In this document: piece by piece, positions 60,761 to 64,000 of the stretch
Position numbering within the stretch: the stretch's first letter is position 1
How the letters are laid out: each line of letters begins with the position of its first letter
Assembly (NCBI RefSeq): GCF_036321535.1
Contig: NC_087437.1
Location: 68,326,001 to 68,390,000, forward strand
Source of the DNA: Camelus dromedarius
Lineage: Eukaryota
Reading direction: 5' to 3'
Length of the DNA stretch: 64,000 bases
The notes under the pieces: model-generated
What the model saw: the letters and a program-made list of their open reading frames with translations, nothing else
Told to the model about the DNA's origin: nothing
Databases searched by the model: none
Translations under genes and position numbers: made by a program

Positions 60761-63469
60761 GTTATAACTCTGAAAATTAGACCTTGCTTTTACAGTTTTA
60801 TATTTCCTTTTTTTCTGAGTATCTATTTTCACACTTGACTATAATTACAAAAAAAAATGTATTGAACTGTAGATAGATCTGAAGGATCTATCAGCTTTAG
60901 ATTTTAAAGAGGTATTTGCTAGTTGATCGATACGAAGATGTAAGTTCTCTTGGCAATAAAGCTGTTTTTCTTAGTGAAGTTCACAGAAAGTGTCATCGTG
61001 TGATGTTCCTTCCTGGTCTACCCGCGTCCGTCCTAGCCACTCAACATACTTGTGTACACACAAGTACACATGAAATGTAATTACTATTGAGGTTGCATTC
61101 TGCAGAAGATCATAATCGCAGTTTTTCTGCTCTGGGCACCAGAATCTCTGCTGGAGCTAGACCAAGCTCCAACCAGCACAAGTGTCATAGCAACACCTGA
61201 AAGCATACTTTTAAAGTTTTATAAAACCTACAGAGTATTTGAGAAAGAGTAAACATACCCATGTAATGTAAACATACACATGTAATGGTACAGTTTATCA
61301 CACAGATAGTTTAAACAGACTCCTAATTATAGACACTGCTTAACACTCACAGAAGTGGGCAAGAGATTAATTACCTTTTGGTCTTCTTTCTATTATTTAG
61401 ATTCTGCATATCTTCTTCGGTATGATCCACTTTCTTCTTGTCCCCTGCCATGTGTGCTGAGATTGGTCAGGTCTTTTTATTGAGCTCTTATTACTATTTC
61501 CAGAAAATTATAATTCTTTATCGCTGTTTTGCCAAGGAGGCTTTGCTTCCCTCCAATGAGCTTTGCATAATGCTGGCTGCCAGCCTTTCTGATTAGTCCA
61601 GAAATGACTGTGCTCTGCCCCAGCTCACCCTTTTTCTAATCTGAGGATTTTGGGTTCAGGCCAGCAGCACTAGGTTTTGCTTCTTTTTTTTTCCCCCTTA
61701 AGTTAGGTTTGAGCTAGTTGGAAAATTAGCTGAAAAAAATACTTTACCGCTACTTAGACAGACAAAAACACACTTCCTCCATCAAACAGCTAAACAACCT
61801 CTATGCTGCAAATTGTGTGTGCGTGTGCGTGTATGTAGTGTGGATAAAGCAGAATTGTGTAATTATTGCTTGTGGTATTGGGTGCATGTGTATTGAAAAT
61901 AAGCTCTCTGTGAATTACCAAGGTAAGTCACTTTCCAAGTCTATTTCCAGTCCAACTCTCAGACTTGGAATATAGGCAGCATTTCTCATTACCCTGAGTA
62001 CTACCCCTGAGGCTGAATGAAGAAGCAAAGGCCCAAAAGATACTGGAACCTACAAAAAGAAGTGTAGGACATGTGTCTCTTTGAGAGTCACAGGTTGAGT
62101 TTTAAAATACAGATGAAAAGTACCCCAGATCCAAATGACACTTTGTAAGCTCAACCACAGTACGAATCGTCAACTGTATCACTCACTAGCAGATTAAACT
62201 ATATGTAAGGCAACACGTATATGGAGCCCAGTGGAAGATTGGATCTGACTCCGTAACTTGAAACACAATTGGCCTCTTTCATTCTTTAATTTTCCTCACC
62301 AATTTCAAGAATTAACCTTAACTTTAAATTATGTCAGCTTCCTCTTTTAGATTTATGTCATAATTGTAGGATTATCTAAATGTTAGATGGTAGGGGTTTT
62401 TGTTTTGCTTTGTTGTGTTTTTCTCTTTCCCTTGAATAGTGTTACTTGTTCCCAGTTATTATCATCATAATGATGCTGCCAAAAATAATAATATTAGAGG
62501 CCAAGAGGGTCTCCAGCCAGGCTATTGTGGGTCCCCTGATGCCAGAGCTAGATTGCCTGGCTGAAAATCGTATCTCAATGTAATTGGCTTCAGTGACAAA
62601 AAGAGAGAGTGAGAAAGCAAGAAAATGAAAGTCAGCAGGTCTGGTAGGAAGGTTGCAGGCATTTATATCTAAATGATCTCCAAATGGACCATTTTGCTTC
62701 TAATGACTCAGGATTAGGAAGGGAATATAATGAAGTTTTATCAAATGTTCAAATAAATAGCCTGATCACCTCTCCTCTCAAGTATTCCCCTTTTTTCCCT
62801 TATATATATTTAAGTGTAATAAAGTTTAAGAATTAAGAAAGGCAAATTTATCAGGCTAGATGTCTTTTTAAGTCTTTTTTTCCACCCTCTGCTGCTCATA
62901 TAATAATTAACCTTTTGAATAATCTCCCTTGCAGTGCTGGTTGTACTACTGTTCTTTTTTTTTTTTTTTTTTAACCATTTCTTGCTGTTCTAAAGTCAAA
63001 GCTTGACCAAGCGTCTTGACAAAGAATGATAAGAGAGAGTTTTGAAAATTGTACGAATTTATCCGAATGCATCAGTGTCCTTTTGAAGTGAGACAGCAAT
63101 ATCTGAATGTGACACATGGGGACACATGTCAGCATTTGCCAAAGGAATTTCACAGGCTGGGATCTACAAGCACATGCTTTTTTTCCTCCCTCCTATTCTC
63201 TATCCCCTCCTCTGCGGTATCACCTACAGCCAAATGCCACATTCTCTCCTCTACAGCTTCTTTACTGCGTCTACTTCCTCTTTTCTCCCCACCATTCAGT
63301 CCCTCTAGACACTCCCTGGTTGTCCAACTCACAGGGCACCAACACTTGGAGGTCACAAGCCCTTCAGGAGTTATAACAGCAATTTTCAGGCAGTTGTTTT
63401 AGCATTTGAAGTTCATAAAAGCTCTGTCCCTAAACATAGTATGCTGGTTATTTGGAAAACCTAGATCAA

Positions 63470-64000
63470 AGAAATAATTTGTTCATTATTTTATACATAC
63501 ACTTTGAATGCACACACATACAGCCATTATGTGCTAGAAACCATGGAAATTAGAAAGAGGAATTTGATGTTCCCTTTCTTCAAAATTGTAATTTAGTTGT
63601 TTCTTGGACCATCTGCATGAAAGTGATTGTTAGTGCCATGGAGTGGATAATGTCCTAGTGAGAGAGTAATATGACGAGAATGGAAGGCAGAGGTTGGAGC
63701 CATGTTTAAAATGCACAATGAGGTGGGAGAAGCCGGTGAGAGAGAGAAAAATTGACTGAAGTGACAGAAAGCAGATCACAGTGGTGTAGTGCCAGAGAGG
63801 TCGAAGAAGAGAGTTGCAAGAAAGAGGTGGGAATAACGGAGTTTGGGATAGACCAAAGAAAGCCTGGGTTTCCCTTGGACTAAAGAAAATCTATTGCATT
63901 TGGCAGTTGCTAATATCTTTGAGAAATGTGGTATATAGATCCTGAGAATGCAGCTGAGTTTTGCAGAGTTGCAGACTGTTTGGTAAGGACATAGAAATGG
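63470..64000 (-). mobile_element. L2 fragments
   Basis: ccattatgtgctag...ggagtggataatgtcctagtgagagag...gagaagccggtgagagagag...gtggtgtagtgccagagagg...ctattgcatttggcagttg. Confidence 0.65.

Noticed and set aside
61933..61970. 10-bp inverted repeat ttccaagtct / agacttggaa
   Set aside because: With an 18-nt loop this is within chance expectation for a window of this size.
1..64000. CRISPR array, operon or prokaryotic defence system
   Set aside because: The sequence is mammalian repeat-rich DNA; no regularly spaced repeats or gene-dense coding regions were seen.

Overview
AT-rich mammalian genomic DNA, most likely from a camelid (alpaca, llama or camel). This rests on two tRNA-Ala-derived Vic-1-type SINEs and artiodactyl-type L1 3' ends; I saw no ruminant Bov-A/BovB or pig PRE-1 repeats. 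I found no recognisable host protein-coding exon, so the window looks intergenic or deep-intronic, and nearly all ORFs in the track are spurious. There is no CRISPR array or prokaryotic-type system. The content is mostly transposable-element fossils (MIR, L2, CR1/L3, L1, hAT and Tigger MITEs, one ERVL-type LTR) separated by repeat-poor blocks that may be enhancers. The most interesting structures are retrotransposition products. (1) A TSD-flanked 3.05-kb 'half-L1' (22297-25342, minus) has a complete 5' UTR and a frame-intact ORF1 but only the last 123 codons of ORF2, joined at a splice-like AAG|CC junction. (2) An old TSD-flanked 5S rRNA/L1ME chimera spans 10156-11275. (3) Six short L1 tails all begin at nearly the same point, just downstream of where the L1 3'-UTR G-quadruplex tract lies. 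(4) One L1 tail has a tiny twin-priming-type inversion. (5) One SINE carries a 3' extension. Repeat family names come from remembered consensus sequences rather than a database search, and boundaries of old repeats are approximate.
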